A stretch of DNA of 64,000 bases, from contig CAWFSF010000005.1 in the NCBI GenBank assembly GCA_963818475.1, positions 320,001 through 384,000 of the forward strand. The letters are read 5' to 3'. The position numbers and the translations under genes were made by a program. The stretch's first letter is position 1. Each line of letters opens with the position of its first letter. The stretch is from Nitrospirota bacterium (GTDB taxonomy: Bacteria > Nitrospirota > UBA9217). Under the pieces are notes generated by a model. That model had not been told where the DNA came from. It made no database searches and worked only from the letters and a program-made list of their open reading frames with translations. Below are positions 30,490 to 41,785 of this stretch, piece by piece.

Positions 30490-30730
30490 ATCAGGTTCAT
30501 CCTAAAAAACTCAACTATGCAGGTGTTGAGGCTGAAGACTGAAGGTTCTTCAAAAAATTCAACTGCGATACCTGGTAACCCAATTCAAGGGTCCTTATTC
30601 TGTAACTATATCAGGTTGAATGTTGTAAGGCTAAAGGCGGCAAAATGGGATGCCCGACCTTTCTGGTTCGGATTTTCTCATGTGTTTGAACTCACTCTTC
30701 GGCCTTCAGTCTATCCACCTGAATAGTAAC

Positions 30731-32075
30731 CTATCCTTTGAGCCCCTGCAGCGCGGGCGCATCAGGGTCCGGGCCCTGGAATACGGCACGGGCGTCGCCG
30801 ACCACATAGAGCGATCCCGTGATCAGGACCAGATCTTCCGGCGCAGCCCGATGACGGGCAAGCGCGATCGCCGCAGCGACGGTTTCCGCCGTTTCAACAG
30901 ACCCGTGCTGCTGCCGGATCCCCGTTGCCAGCGCTTCGACGTCCATGGCCCGGGAATAGTTCGGCTTCGTAACGATCACCAGGTCGGCCAGCGGCACGAG
31001 CTGCGACAGGATCCCTGCATGGTCCTTGTCGCCCAGGATCCCGATGACCAGCACCAGCCGCCGGTAGGACGGCTTCATATTCCTGACCGCTGCGGCCAGC
31101 TGCGCAGCCGAGGCCGGGTTGTGCGCCCCGTCCAGAAAGATATCGGGCCGCTCGGCGACACGTTCAAGACGTCCTTCCCACCGGGTCTGCGCCAGACCGC
31201 GGCGCATGGCCGCCTCGTCGACGACAACACCAGCCTCCTGCAGAACCTCCATCGCAGCCATGGCCAGGCAGGCGTTGTCGATCTGATAGCGGCCGATCAT
31301 CCCGATCTCAAGACCGGGAAAGAAGCTCTTGCGGCCGCGATAGCCGAATACCTGCGGCTGTCCGGCCACGATCTCTTCCGGAACAAAGTCCTTCCCCAGC
31401 CGGTAGAGCGGTGCCTGCACTGCCGCCGCCTCGCGCTCCAGGACCGCAGACCACTTCGGGCTGGACAACGCCCGTCACCACCGGCACCCCCTGCTTGATA
31501 ATGCCCGCCTTTTCCGCGGCGATCAGTTCGAGCGTCGTGCCGAGAAATTCCGTATGCTCCAGATCGATGTTCGTTATGACCGACAGGAGCGGCGTGATCA
31601 CGTTCGTGGCATCGAGCCGGCCGCCCATGCCGACCTCGATCACGGCCAGGTCCACCTGCTCCTCGGCGAACCAGGTGAATGCCATGGCGGTCGTGACCTC
31701 AAAGAACGTGGGAGCGGCGGGTCCGGCGCCGGGAACAGGGCGGGACGCGCACTCCCGCACACGCTCTGCGAGCGCTACGACCTGAGCTTCCGTGATCTGC
31801 ACGCCGTTGATGCGCATCCGCTCGGTGAAACTGACCAGATGCGGCGAGGTATAGAGCCCCACGCGGTAACCGGCTGCCTGCAGCATGCCGGTGATGAAAG
31901 CGGCGGTCGAACCCTTGCCGTTCGTTCCGGCAATATGCACCGAGCGAAAAGAGCGGTGCGGAGCGCCCATAAGCTCCAGCAGCCTGATGCTGTTCGAAAG
32001 GCCGAGCTTGATGCCGTGTTTCTGCAGGCCGAAAAGATACTCGATGGTTTCCTGGTATGCGCCGTGAGAAGACAT
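30731..32075 (-). CDS. folC: Folylpolyglutamate synthase/dihydrofolate synthase (frameshift near 31450)
   Basis: HIAGTNGKGST, YTSPHL, EVGMGGRLDATN, WEGRLE, LDGAHN, TGSLYVVG. Confidence 0.93.
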
Positions 32076-32150
32076 ATCGGTCCTAACCTGATCCTCCGAT
32101 TGAGCTGCCTGCTGCTGGGGAGCCACGGAAAAGCGTCCCCGGCCCGCTCC

Positions 32151-33053
32151 TCAGGGCTGGGCAGAGGGGGTGGGAGAAGTAGCCGCCGGCTCCTGCGGCG
32201 CAGGCTTTTCCGCTGCGGCGGCAGGCGCCGGCGGCGCATCCTTCAGCTTCATAACGAACGGGATCAGCTCCGTCGTTGATAAGGCACTGAACCGTTTCCT
32301 GCTGTAACTCACCCTGCCGGCCTGCTCTATCCGGCTGAACAGCGTCTGCAGTTCGCCGGAGGTCAGGCTTCCCGACACTTCCCGCACGGTATCGGTAAAG
32401 CGTAATTTCCTGAGCCCGGCGTGGCCCTTCATTATATCGTTGATGCGCCGCATCGATGACTGATCGTCGGGCGTGATCGTGATCTCCAGAGGCTTCACGG
32501 ATGGAACGGGAGCGAGCGCGCTTTCTCCGCCGGGGCCGGTGTTGGAGGCGGGGTTGGAGCCGCTGCCGGGGCAGGGCTCAGAGCGGGCTGGGACGTCGCC
32601 GGAGCGGAAACAACGGCAGCGGGAAGCGACCGCTCGATGCTCTCCAGTTCCGGGTCGTGACGGAACGGAACGATGCACAAAGAAATACAGGTACCCGGCG
32701 ACGAGGGCCAGGAGAAGTATCCAGAGGGGGCGGTACAGAAGCAGGCGAAGCTTTCCGAAGAACAGGAAGGTTGCCTCCAGGCGCGCGGCCATGCCCTCGG
32801 ACGGCGTGATGTCCTTCAGCAGCTGCTTCGTATCAGCGGCAAACCGAAGCGAGTAAAGCTCCGAGGTGCAGACCGGGCAGGCCTTGAGGTGCCGCTCGAC
32901 CCTGCGCGCCTGGAACAGGAACAGATGGCCCTGCAGGTATTTCGGCAGCGCTTTCCGGGTCCGCTCGCATTCTTTTTTTGTGTCGCGCACCTGCTCGAGT
33001 CTGGCGCCGCTCGTCTGGTGCAGCGTATCCTGGTCGATCCGTGTCTTCAGCAC
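32151..33053 (-). CDS. Zinc-finger (zf-HC2) anti-sigma-like membrane protein, probably frameshifted internally
   Basis: C......L..YL...HLKACPVC motif, single TM, Pro/Ala-rich linker. Confidence 0.6.
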   Translation of the reverse strand: MLKTRIDQDTLHQTSGARLEQVRDTKKECERTRKALPKYLQGHLFLFQARRVERHLKACPVCTSELYSLRFAADTKQLLKDITPSEGMAARLEATFLFFGKLRLLLYRPLWILLLALVAGYLYFFVHRSVPSRPGTGEHRAVASRCRCFRSGDVPARSEPCPGSGSNPASNTGPGGESALAPVPSVKPLEITITPDDQSSMRRINDIMKGHAGLRKLRFTDTVREVSGSLTSGELQTLFSRIEQAGRVSYSRKRFSALSTTELIPFVMKLKDAPPAPAAAAEKPAPQEPAATSPTPSAQP

Positions 33054-33856
33054 TATACACCCCCTACCTTCACCTGCTCGGCGCGCAGCAGGTCGTCACC
33101 GAGAAAGCGTTTGCCGATCTTTTCGAACCGTGCCGGCGTATCGGTCACAAAATATTTCCGTACGGTGCTTTCCCTGAAGGGCTTTTTCCATTTGAGCTTC
33201 CCGAGCACCTCCGCCACTTCCCTGGCCGTCTCGGTCGCTGAATCGATAAGGGTGATGCCGGGGCCGAGCACCCGGCCGATCACGCCTTTGAGCAGCGGGT
33301 AATGCGTGCAGCCGAGCACCAGCGTGTCGATGCCGGCGGCCTTGAAGGGCTCCAGATAGGTCCTCGCCACGAGCAGAGCCACATCGTTGTCAATCCAGCC
33401 CTCTTCCACGAGCGGAACAAAGAGCGGGCAGGCGAGGCTGTGGACCGTGATGCCGGCGTCGAGCCGGCTGATCGCCTTTTCGTAGGCCCCGCTCGCGATC
33501 GTCGCCTCGGTCCCGATGACGCCGATCCGACCTGCCCTGGTCTCCCTGACCGCCGCCCGGGCGCCGGGCTCCAGCACGCCGATGACCGGCAGCGGGAACT
33601 CCTTCTTCACCGCCTCCAGGCTGATGGCCGACGCCGTGTTGCAGGCAACGACCAGCATCTTGATCTCCTGGGCAAGCAGGAACTGCGTGTTCTCGAAGCT
33701 GTAGCGCGTTACGGTCTCGGCCGAACGGATGCCGTAGGGGACCCGCGCCGTGTCGCCGAGATAGATGATGTTCTCGTCGGGGAGCGCCGCCACGATCTCC
33801 TTCAGCACGGTCAGTCCGCCGATGCCGGAGTCAAATATGCCGATTGCTTTTTGCAT
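33053..33856 (-). CDS. murI: Glutamate racemase
   Basis: FDSGIGGLTV, GDTARVPYG, ACNTAS, LGCTHYPLL; the ORF extension upstream is a repeat. Confidence 0.96.
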   Translation of the reverse strand: MQKAIGIFDSGIGGLTVLKEIVAALPDENIIYLGDTARVPYGIRSAETVTRYSFENTQFLLAQEIKMLVVACNTASAISLEAVKKEFPLPVIGVLEPGARAAVRETRAGRIGVIGTEATIASGAYEKAISRLDAGITVHSLACPLFVPLVEEGWIDNDVALLVARTYLEPFKAAGIDTLVLGCTHYPLLKGVIGRVLGPGITLIDSATETAREVAEVLGKLKWKKPFRESTVRKYFVTDTPARFEKIGKRFLGDDLLRAEQVKVGGV

Positions 33857-33920
33857 GATAGTAAATCTTTTCTCGCAGATGCGCAGAGTGCGCAGAGTTT
33901 TTGGATCTGAAGCAATTACG

Positions 33921-34080
33921 AACCTGGACAAACCGGAACCAAAAGGCGTTTCTCGCAAAGGCGCAAAGCGACGCAAAGGAAACCTTGAGTCAAAATCTTT
34001 TCTGCTGGTTTTAAACCAAAAGCAAGCCGTGCCTTTAGGATTTTCTTTGCGACCTTTGCGCCTTTGCGAGAGACGCCCTT
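33921..34080. repeat. Palindromic MITE/REP-like element (CGCAAAG family), copy 1
   Basis: AAGGCGTTTCTCGCAAAGGCGCAAAG...CTTTGCGCCTTTGCGAGAGACGCC inverted arms; homologous to 38041..38172 and 62337..62400. Confidence 0.8.
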
Positions 34081-34112
34081 GACTCTGCATTGTTATTTCT
34101 GCCCCGAGATCG

Positions 34113-34700
34113 CTACTGCTTCACCAGGTCCATCCGCTTCGTGAACTTCCTCGAAAGCTCGATATGCCCGGCCAGCGTTTGGACCTCTCTGCCGTCGACC
34201 AGGAACCGGACCTGCCTGATCTCTTCAAAGTTCTGCGACAGCGTGTTCACCATCGCATACAGGGCGATCAGCTCTTCCCAGACCGAGGCCCGCACTTCGC
34301 GCTGTTCCACCGGCGCAAGGTCGATGTAGCCCGTGCCGGCCGCATCGAGATAGACGCCCCGGAGCCGCAGGTCCTTCAGCACCGGGGCCTGGCTCCCGGC
34401 CGGGTCCGCGAACAGGGCGGCCAGGGCCTCGCGGGCCAAAGACTGCGTATCAGGCTGCCGCGTGATCGGCGCCTGGACCGCGGCAAGCAGGCCGTCAGCA
34501 GGGACCGAGAGGGTGATCACGAGCGGTTCATTCAGCTGCGACGCCGCGGCAGCGGGCTGCTGCGCTGCGCCGGCCGCCGGAGGGGCGGCCCGCATCCGCC
34601 ACCAGAGGAACGCCGCCGACACAAGCACGGCCACCAGGACCAGTGCCACGATCGGCAGCAGCCGGTTGCCCGGCATTCTCCTATCGATCCTCTCGGACAT
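34113..34700 (-). CDS. GerMN-domain protein
   Basis: TM anchor; YIDL...E...LYAMVNTL...I.QVRFLVDG....TLAGH. Confidence 0.85.
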   Translation of the reverse strand: MSERIDRRMPGNRLLPIVALVLVAVLVSAAFLWWRMRAAPPAAGAAQQPAAAASQLNEPLVITLSVPADGLLAAVQAPITRQPDTQSLAREALAALFADPAGSQAPVLKDLRLRGVYLDAAGTGYIDLAPVEQREVRASVWEELIALYAMVNTLSQNFEEIRQVRFLVDGREVQTLAGHIELSRKFTKRMDLVKQ

Positions 34701-35722
34701 ACGACGCTATCCCCTCCGCCACCGTCTCGGCGACCCACGACCGGTCCTGCCCCATGCCGACCTCCACGACCACGGCCGCGGCATCGACCGCCTTGAGCCC
34801 GGCGAGCGGCGCCTGCACCGGCTCGCCGCCCGGCATGCCGAGCAGCACGCGCCAGCCGCCGGCCGAGATCGCCGCTTGCTTTGGTGTGCGCGGCCTGCTG
34901 ACTTCCCCAGAGGCGCTCCTGCTGCTCGTTGCCTGCGTCAAAATCGAGAAAGGTCTTGTTCGCCGTGGACGCGGCCGCAAGGGAGCCCTCGTCGGGGTCC
35001 ATGATATAGACCCGGGTTCCGGCGCCTGACGCCGCATGAATGCTCACGAACAGCACGGCGCCTGCCGCATTGGCGGCCCCTGCCCGGTCGTCGAGCGAGA
35101 GCGTCTGGTCCCGCTCCCTGGTCAGGGTGACGGCCAGATCGGCGTTCTTCTTCAGCAGCTGCCGTTTGATCGCCTCGGCGATCTCGAGCGTCATGGCCTT
35201 TTCCTGCCCCTGGGCGGTCACGATGCCGGCGTCCTTGCCGCCTCCGTGGCCGGGGTCGAGCATACGATCAGTTTTCGGCGCTCCGCCTGCGCCGCCGGAG
35301 CAGCCGAAGCAACAGCGCCCTTCATGACATCAAGCACGATCCGGTCCGGACCGCGCAGCACGAAATCCTTGACCTCGCCGGCGGCCGCGTCAAGCTGCAC
35401 CACGATCGTCGTGCGGCTCTTCCTCCTGGCGCACCTCCATGGTTTTCACGACCCCGTCCCGCACCGCAGGCATCGTAGCCGTGACCGAAAGGGGACCGTT
35501 GTAGGCGGAGAGCGTGACGCTTCGTCCATTGTCGCTTTTCATCACGACATAGGGTGCGGCCGCCTCGATCTCGAACACGATGCGGGTGAAGGCGGCATAG
35601 GAAAAGAACCGCACGTTCTTGACCGTCAGGCCTTTTTCGGAGGACAGCGCGTCGGCGCCCGGCGCCAGCAGCAAAACAGCTATGAACAGAGGGCAAAATG
35701 TTTCCGCATACGAGTGCGGCAT
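34681..35722 (-). CDS. N-acetylmuramoyl-L-alanine amidase (AMIN + Amidase_3), frameshifted
   Basis: TRIVFE...PDRIVLDV; LDPGHGG.DAG, EK..TL, LTR..D...L..R, FVSIHA, VVVEVG. Confidence 0.85.
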
Positions 35723-36041
35723 AGTAACATATCAAAAAGATTTGTGCAAGAAAAAGCCTTTATATAACCGCTGGTAAGCGCATTTTTACCACCAATTTTG
35801 TTGGCCGCGCACACGCTATCGGGGACCGGTTATCGCACGGAGCCGCAGGTAAGATCCGGTAAAAACTGTAAAGGACGGTTAGCAACATAAGCCACATAAA
35901 TAAAGCAAGAAGCACGTGCGTGTTCTTTTTTGAGAATTCTGTGCATTTTGTGGCTCAACTATTCTTTTCTTTTCGCCTTGCTCGACCCACTCTCTCTCCG
36001 TGTCTCCGTGGTAAATTGTGACCCGTTTCGAGTGCATAAAT

Positions 36042-36070
36042 TTGCTTTCCCGCCGCCCCTATGTTAAGCT
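36042..36070 (+). promoter_or_regulatory. Sigma70 promoter of the DinG gene (probably leaderless)
   Basis: TTGCTT-17-TAAGCT with TGn extension; ATG 8 nt downstream, no SD. Confidence 0.5.
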
Positions 36071-36078
36071 ACGCGACC

Positions 36079-38011
36079 ATGAATGCCGTGAAAATATTCG
36101 GGCCCTCCGGGACCGTGGCGCAGGCCATGCACGCGGCCTACGAACACCGGCCGCAGCAGCTGCAGATGGCCGAAGCGGTGGAGACGGCGCTTGCCGCGAA
36201 GACGCACCTCATTGTCGAGGCAGGCACCGGCGTCGGCAAAAGCCTGGCCTACCTCGTGCCCCTGGTCCAGTGGACGCGCGACGAGGGCTGCCGCGCCGTG
36301 GTCGCGACCTATACCAAGGCGCTGCAGCAGCAGCTCGTGCAGAAGGACCTGCCGTTCCTCAAGACGGTGCTCGGCGATTTCCGCTACGCGCTCTGCGTGG
36401 GCGGCGAGAACTACCTCTGCCTCCGCCGCTTCGACCAGCTCCGCATGGGCGACCTCTATGAGCAGAACGAGCGGGAAGCGCTGAACCGGCTGTTCACCTG
36501 GTCCACCATGACCCGCACCGGCCTCAGGAGCGAGCTCGACGTCGAGCCTGGCTACGCGCTCTGGGCCAAGGTCTGCCGCCAGGCGGACCTCTGCTTCGGC
36601 AAGGACTGCTCCTTCAACCGGGACTGCTACTACCTGAAGGCCAAAGTGATCGAGCAGCAGGCGCAGATCCTGGTCGCGAACCACCATCTGTTCTTCGCCG
36701 ACATGGCCACGGGCGGCAACGTGCTTCCGCAATACCGGGCCGTGGTCTTCGACGAGGCGCACCAGGTCGAGGACGTGGCCACCGACTACCTCGGCATGGA
36801 GATCACGAACTACTCGGTCCGCTATCTCCTCGATACGCTGCTGAGCCAGCGCACGCGCAAGGGCCTGCTGACGCGCCTCACCATCCAGAACGCCGAGGTG
36901 CAGGTGCTGCGCGGCATGGTGGAAGGGCTGCGCGTCATTGCGGACAACTTCTTCCTGAACCTCCACCCCCTGCTGCACAAGGAGCCCGCTCTGCGCATCA
37001 GGCAGCGCTACATCGTCCCGGACATCCTGAGCGTCCCCTCTCAGCGAACTGAAAGACGCGCTTCTTTCGCTCGAGGTCGACACCCACGAAGAAGAGCTGG
37101 AGGTCAAGGCCTTTGCGAACCGCGCCCAGTCCATGGCAGCCGCGGTCAGGATCAACCTGGAGCAGTCAGCCGAGGGCTTCGTGTACTGGGCCGAGCGGGA
37201 GAACATGCGCTACCGCCTCGTGGCCTCGCCCATCGACGTGGCGGCAACGCTCCGGGACAATCTCTTCGGCAAGACCGAGACCATCGTGCTCACCTCGGCA
37301 ACGCTCTCGGCAGCAGGAAGCTTCACCTATATCAAGAACCGCCTCGGCCTGGACGCGCCGACGGAACTGCTGCTCGACTCGCCCTTTGATTTTGAGAAGC
37401 AGGCGCTCTTGTACATCGCTCCGAACCTCGACGACCAGCAGGCAAGCGGGTACCAGGAGCGGTTCGACGCGGAACTGCATGCCGTGCTCACGATCACCCG
37501 GGGCAGGACCCTCGTGCTGTTCACGAGCTACGGCCAGCTCCGGAAGAGCGCCGAGACCATGCGGCGCGAGTTCCCGGACCTCGGCATCCTCTGCCAGGGA
37601 GAGATGCCGGCCTATCGCCTGGTCGAACAGTTCAAGGCGGTCCAAAACGTCGTGCTCTTCGGCACCGCGTCCTTCTGGCAGGGCATCGACATCCCCGGGG
37701 ATGCGCTCCAGTGCGTGGTGATCGCCAAGCTCCCCTTCGCCGTGCCCGACGAACCGATCATCGAGGCCCGGATGGAGCGGCTCAAGAACCCCTTCCGGGA
37801 ATTCCAGATCCCGCAGGCGACCCTGCTCTTCCGCCAGGGCTTCGGCAGGCTCATCCGCACCAGGACCGATCGGGGAGCCGTGGCCGTGCTCGATTCGCGC
37901 ATCATGACCAAGAACTACGGCAGGTCCTTTTTAAAGTCCATCCCGAAGTGCAGGATCACCGATGAGCGGGAGGAGTTCCGGAAGTTCTTTGAAGGGTTGC
38001 GGAAGAAGTAA
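36079..38011 (+). CDS. ATP-dependent DNA helicase, DinG/YoaA family (frameshift near 37040)
   Basis: R.QQ.QM, EAGTGVGKS, Fe-S cysteines, VANHH, FDEAH, TSATL, SPFD, LFTSY, SFWQGID.PG, QGFGRLIR. Confidence 0.92.
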
Positions 38012-38040
38012 TGGGGCAACCGTTTTCAAAACGGCAAGAG

Positions 38041-38172
38041 GTTTTCTCGCAAAGGCGCAAAGGTCGCAAAGAGAACCTTGAGTCTAACTTTTCTGCTGAT
38101 TTTAAACCAAAAGCAAACCGTTCTTTAAGATTTTCTTGGCGCCCTTTGCGAGCCTTGCGAGAGACGCCTTTT
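38041..38172. repeat. Palindromic MITE/REP-like element (CGCAAAG family), copy 2
   Basis: Same arms and AACCTTGAGTC...TTTTAAACCAAAAGCAA core as copy 1. Confidence 0.8.
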
Positions 38173-38213
38173 CGTTCATGCTTTCTATTCCAGGTTTCTG
38201 CTAAACTCAATAT

Positions 38214-40674
38214 ATGGAGACTGACCGTAACAGCGACCGCGCCATTTTGCGGCTCATCTTCGCAGCCTCGCTCGCCTGCCTTTCCTACGAACTGGCGCTC
38301 ATGCGCATCTTCTCCATCTCTCTCTGGTATCACTTCGCGTTCATGGTCATCAGCATCGCCATGCTCGGCATCGCAGCCAGCGGCACAGCCCTCGCCCTGT
38401 TCCCGGGCATGAAAGACATCCGCAGGGTAGCGCTCTATAGCTTTCTGCTCGCAGCCGCCATCCCCGCGTCCTATCTGCTCGCCAATGCCGTGCCCTTTGA
38501 CCCCGCCAGGCTTTCCTGGGACTGGACGCAGCTCTTTGCGGTGAGCCTCTACTACCTCATCCTCTGTGTCCCCTTCTTCTGCTTCGGGCTGATCGTATCC
38601 ACTGCCTACGCAACGATGCAGCGCGCTGCGAACGCGATCTACGCCTCGGACCTTGCCGGCGCAGGAGCCGGTGCGCTCGCCATGGTCTGGCTCCTTTCCA
38701 AAGGCGGTCCCGAGATGAGCGTGTTCATCAGCTCCACGCTGCTGCTGACCGGGCTCCTTTATTGGGCTGGCTGGAAAATGCGTGCGCTTGCCGTCGTTCT
38801 GATCGCAATGAATCTGGCTGTCCTCTTTCTGCATCCGGCCGTTATCAAGCCCAGGATCTCGCCCTATAAGCCCTTTGCGCTCGCTTTGCAGTTCCCCGAT
38901 GCAAAGCTGCTCGGCACAGCGTACAGCCCTTATGCGCGCGTCGACCTCTTTACCAGCCCTGCTGTCAGGTTTGCGCCAGGCCTGAGCTTTACCTACCTCG
39001 ACCCGCTTCCGAACCAGACAGGCATCGCCATTGACGCAGGCGAGATCCATGCCATGACCGATGAATCGGATACTGACAGGCTCGCGTTCATCCAGTCCCT
39101 CCCCTCAAGCCTTGCCTATCGTCTAGCCCGAAAGCAGGACGTGCTCGATCATCGAACCGCGGGCCGGCCTCAGTGTACTCTTGGCGCGGCAATTCGGCGC
39201 ACAGAACATCGTTGCCATCGATTCGAACCCCCTTGTCATAGACGTTGTGCGCGCCTATGGCGTGAAGTATGGTTCGCGCCTGTACGATGCGAAGACCTTC
39301 GACCGGACTTGCGCGTACAAAGCTTGCCTCATCGACGACAAAATTCGATCTGATCGATCTGTCGATCATGGGTTCGCTGCCCTCTGCGTCCTTCGGCTTT
39401 TCCGAGGATTACCGCTTCACGAGCGAAGCCTTTATGCAGTATCTGTCCCATCTCAAGCCTGACGGTATCCTCTCGATTAATTGCTACATCATTCCGCCGC
39501 CGAGAACAGAACTGCGCCTGCTTGCGACGCTGGCCCGGGCTGCGGAAGCGTCCGGCATCGGCGATTTTTTCAGAACACGTTGCCGCCATCCGGAGCTGGG
39601 ACACGCTCACCATGCTCGTAAAAAGATCCGCGATTCAGCTCAAAAGATGTTCGATCGATCAAGACCTTCGCAGCCGAAAAGCGGTTCGACCTGGTGTATG
39701 TTCCCGGCATCAAACCCGAAGAGAGCAACCGGCATATCAAGATGCCGGACAATGATTATGCTCTTGCCTTCAAGCGCCTGATCAACAAGGAGAGCAGGAA
39801 CCGCTTCATGGACGACTACCTCTTCGATATCCGGCCGGTCTCCGATGAAAAACCTTTTTTTCATTATTACCTGAAGATCGAGAACCTGCGGAAGACCTAT
39901 CGCATGATGGGAGAGAAATGGCAGTACTTCATTGAAGAGGGATTCCTCCTTCCGGTCCTCCTCGTACAGGTGCTCGTCGTCAGCTTGGTACTTATCCTTC
40001 TTCCGCTCCTGAAACTGAAACAACACGAGACAACTCAGGCTGAACAGAATCCGTTCCGGGGTCTTTCTTATTTCGCCTTGCTCGGCATTGCCTATCTGTT
40101 CATCGAGATCGCTTTGATCCAGAAAATGGTCCTGGGCCTCGAAAATCCGTCCTTCGCTGCAAGCACGGTCATTGCCTCGGTCCTGATCTGCTCGGGTATC
40201 GGCAGTGCGCTCAGCCTGCGCATCAAGGCGCTCCTGAACTCCCGCGTCCTTCTTATTCTTGCAGGCGTGGTCATTGCCACGAGCCTCCTGCTGCCGACGG
40301 TCATCGCATTCATGGGCCGGTTTTCCCTGCCAATGAAGATCGTGCTCTCCTTTATTACGGTCATGCCCGCAGGCATTCTCATGGGCATTCCTTTTCCGCT
40401 TGGCATCGCGGTCCTCAATAAAACTTCTCCACTGCTCATCCCCTGGGCTTGGGCGGTGAACGGCTGCTTCTCGGTGCTCGCCCCGATCCTCGCAGTCATG
40501 CTCGCCTTGAGTGTGGGATATCAATGCGTTCTGCTTGCGGGCGGAGCGGCGTACTTTCTTGCTTTTTGGGTGACCCGGCAGAATGATCGCATTGGTTTGA
40601 ACGCAGATCGGGATCGCACCATGATGGCGATTAACGGTTCATCTGCAGTTAGTCTTATCCGGAAAGAACGGTAG
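38214..40674 (+). CDS. Membrane protein with a spermidine-synthase-like SAM-binding domain (frameshifted)
   Basis: YELALMRIFS..LWYHFAFMVISIAMLG, YASDLAGA, HLKPDG, P.SDEKPFF, G.AYLFIEI.LIQK, WAWAVNGCFSV. Confidence 0.82.
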
Positions 40675-40678
40675 GTAC

Positions 40679-41173
40679 ATGGACATCCTTTATTTGGCTG
40701 ATCGCCGGGAAGTAACTCCGACTCTTGCCGGCTGGATATACAACGAGTGGTCCTATCTGTATCCAGAGATGACGCGGAACGATGTCTTAAACTTTTTGCA
40801 TGAGAGGAGCAATAAGGAAAAACTCCCGCTTACGCTCGTGGCCTTCGAAGCAGGAGAACCTATAGGCACGGCATCGCTGAGGACATTTGACATGGAAACG
40901 AGAAGAGATCTGCCGCACTGGCTTTCCAGCCTCTATGTCACCAAACCATGGAGGAGAAAGGGTATCGGCTCAAGTTTGGTGGGGGCTGTGGAGAAAAAGG
41001 CCGCCGAATTAAACATAGGCAAACTGTTTCTTTTCACAACTGATGCAGCTCTTCCCGGGCGCTTCTATTCAGGTTTAGGCTGGACTGTGAAGGAAACAAC
41101 AACGTATCACTCATATCCGGTTATAATTATGGAGAAAGATCTTCATCACGAAGCGATCGTGAGCATCGAATGA
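40679..41173 (+). CDS. GNAT-family N-acetyltransferase
   Basis: WLSSLYV...WRRKGIGS.LV, LFLFT, FY..LGW. Confidence 0.88.
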   Translation: MDILYLADRREVTPTLAGWIYNEWSYLYPEMTRNDVLNFLHERSNKEKLPLTLVAFEAGEPIGTASLRTFDMETRRDLPHWLSSLYVTKPWRRKGIGSSLVGAVEKKAAELNIGKLFLFTTDAALPGRFYSGLGWTVKETTTYHSYPVIIMEKDLHHEAIVSIE

Positions 41174-41186
41174 AAGACTGCAGTTT

Positions 41187-41305
41187 GTCGGTCGGGTAGA
41201 GCAAGACGAAAACCGACGTCCCTGTTGTATATGCTTGTTGCTGAGGTCGTTGTGCTTATTATAAACAGAGCTAGTGTTGGGTTTTTCTCGCTCTACCCAA
41301 CCTAC
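41187..41305. repeat. REP doublet (REPIN-like, GTAG family)
   Basis: GTCGGTCGGGTAGAGC...AAAACCGAC and inverted GTTGGGTTTTT...GCTCTACCCAACCTAC. Confidence 0.7.
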
Positions 41306-41325
41306 GAGTGAGAAGGAGAACGGAT

Positions 41326-41736
41326 ATGCCAATGCTTAAATTTTCCGATATCAAAGTCAAGGCTGTCATTGTCGGGGTCATTGCGGACAACGCAGGGACC
41401 TTGCTTCTTATGGCGCTCCTGGCTGCCGCGCTTAAGTCAAGAGGCCTTTCCGTGGACGAGGTCATGAGCCGGATGAAGAGCACGAACGGTCTGCTGCTGG
41501 GACTCATCCTCGGCCTTGGCTGCACCGTTCTGGGCGGGTTCTTCGCCGGAAAAATTGCCGGCAGGGCAGAGGTCCTGCACGGAGTGCTGGTCGCAATCGC
41601 CGGAATGGCCATGGCGCTGATCTTCCGGGAAAGCGGCACCCCGCTCTGGTTCGACGTCGCAGGTCTCGTTGGTATGCTTCTGGCAGGAATGGCCGGGGGG
41701 CATTTGGCGCAAAAGCACCGCGCACTGCTGAAGTAA
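41326..41736 (+). CDS. Hypothetical 4-TM membrane protein
   Basis: RBS AAGGAG; Gly-rich TM helices. Confidence 0.7.
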   Translation: MPMLKFSDIKVKAVIVGVIADNAGTLLLMALLAAALKSRGLSVDEVMSRMKSTNGLLLGLILGLGCTVLGGFFAGKIAGRAEVLHGVLVAIAGMAMALIFRESGTPLWFDVAGLVGMLLAGMAGGHLAQKHRALLK

Positions 41737-41785
41737 CTCAAGATAAATCGTTTTACCACAGGCACAGAGGGCCGGTCTCGAACAA

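Noticed and set aside
33857-34090. 78-aa N-terminal extension of MurI in the ORF track
   Set aside because: It is translation through the CGCAAAG palindromic repeat; homology starts at MQKAIG (33856)
19547-37206. Long antisense ORFs (e.g. 19547..20806, 30650..31498, 36064..37206)
   Set aside because: Shadow frames of GC-rich genes with no motifs
36079-38011. DinG as part of a type IV CRISPR or defence system
   Set aside because: No cas genes or array; it looks like a housekeeping Fe-S DinG/YoaA
38011-38412. 133-aa ORF after DinG
   Set aside because: Repeat-derived and out of frame with the real gene starting at 38214
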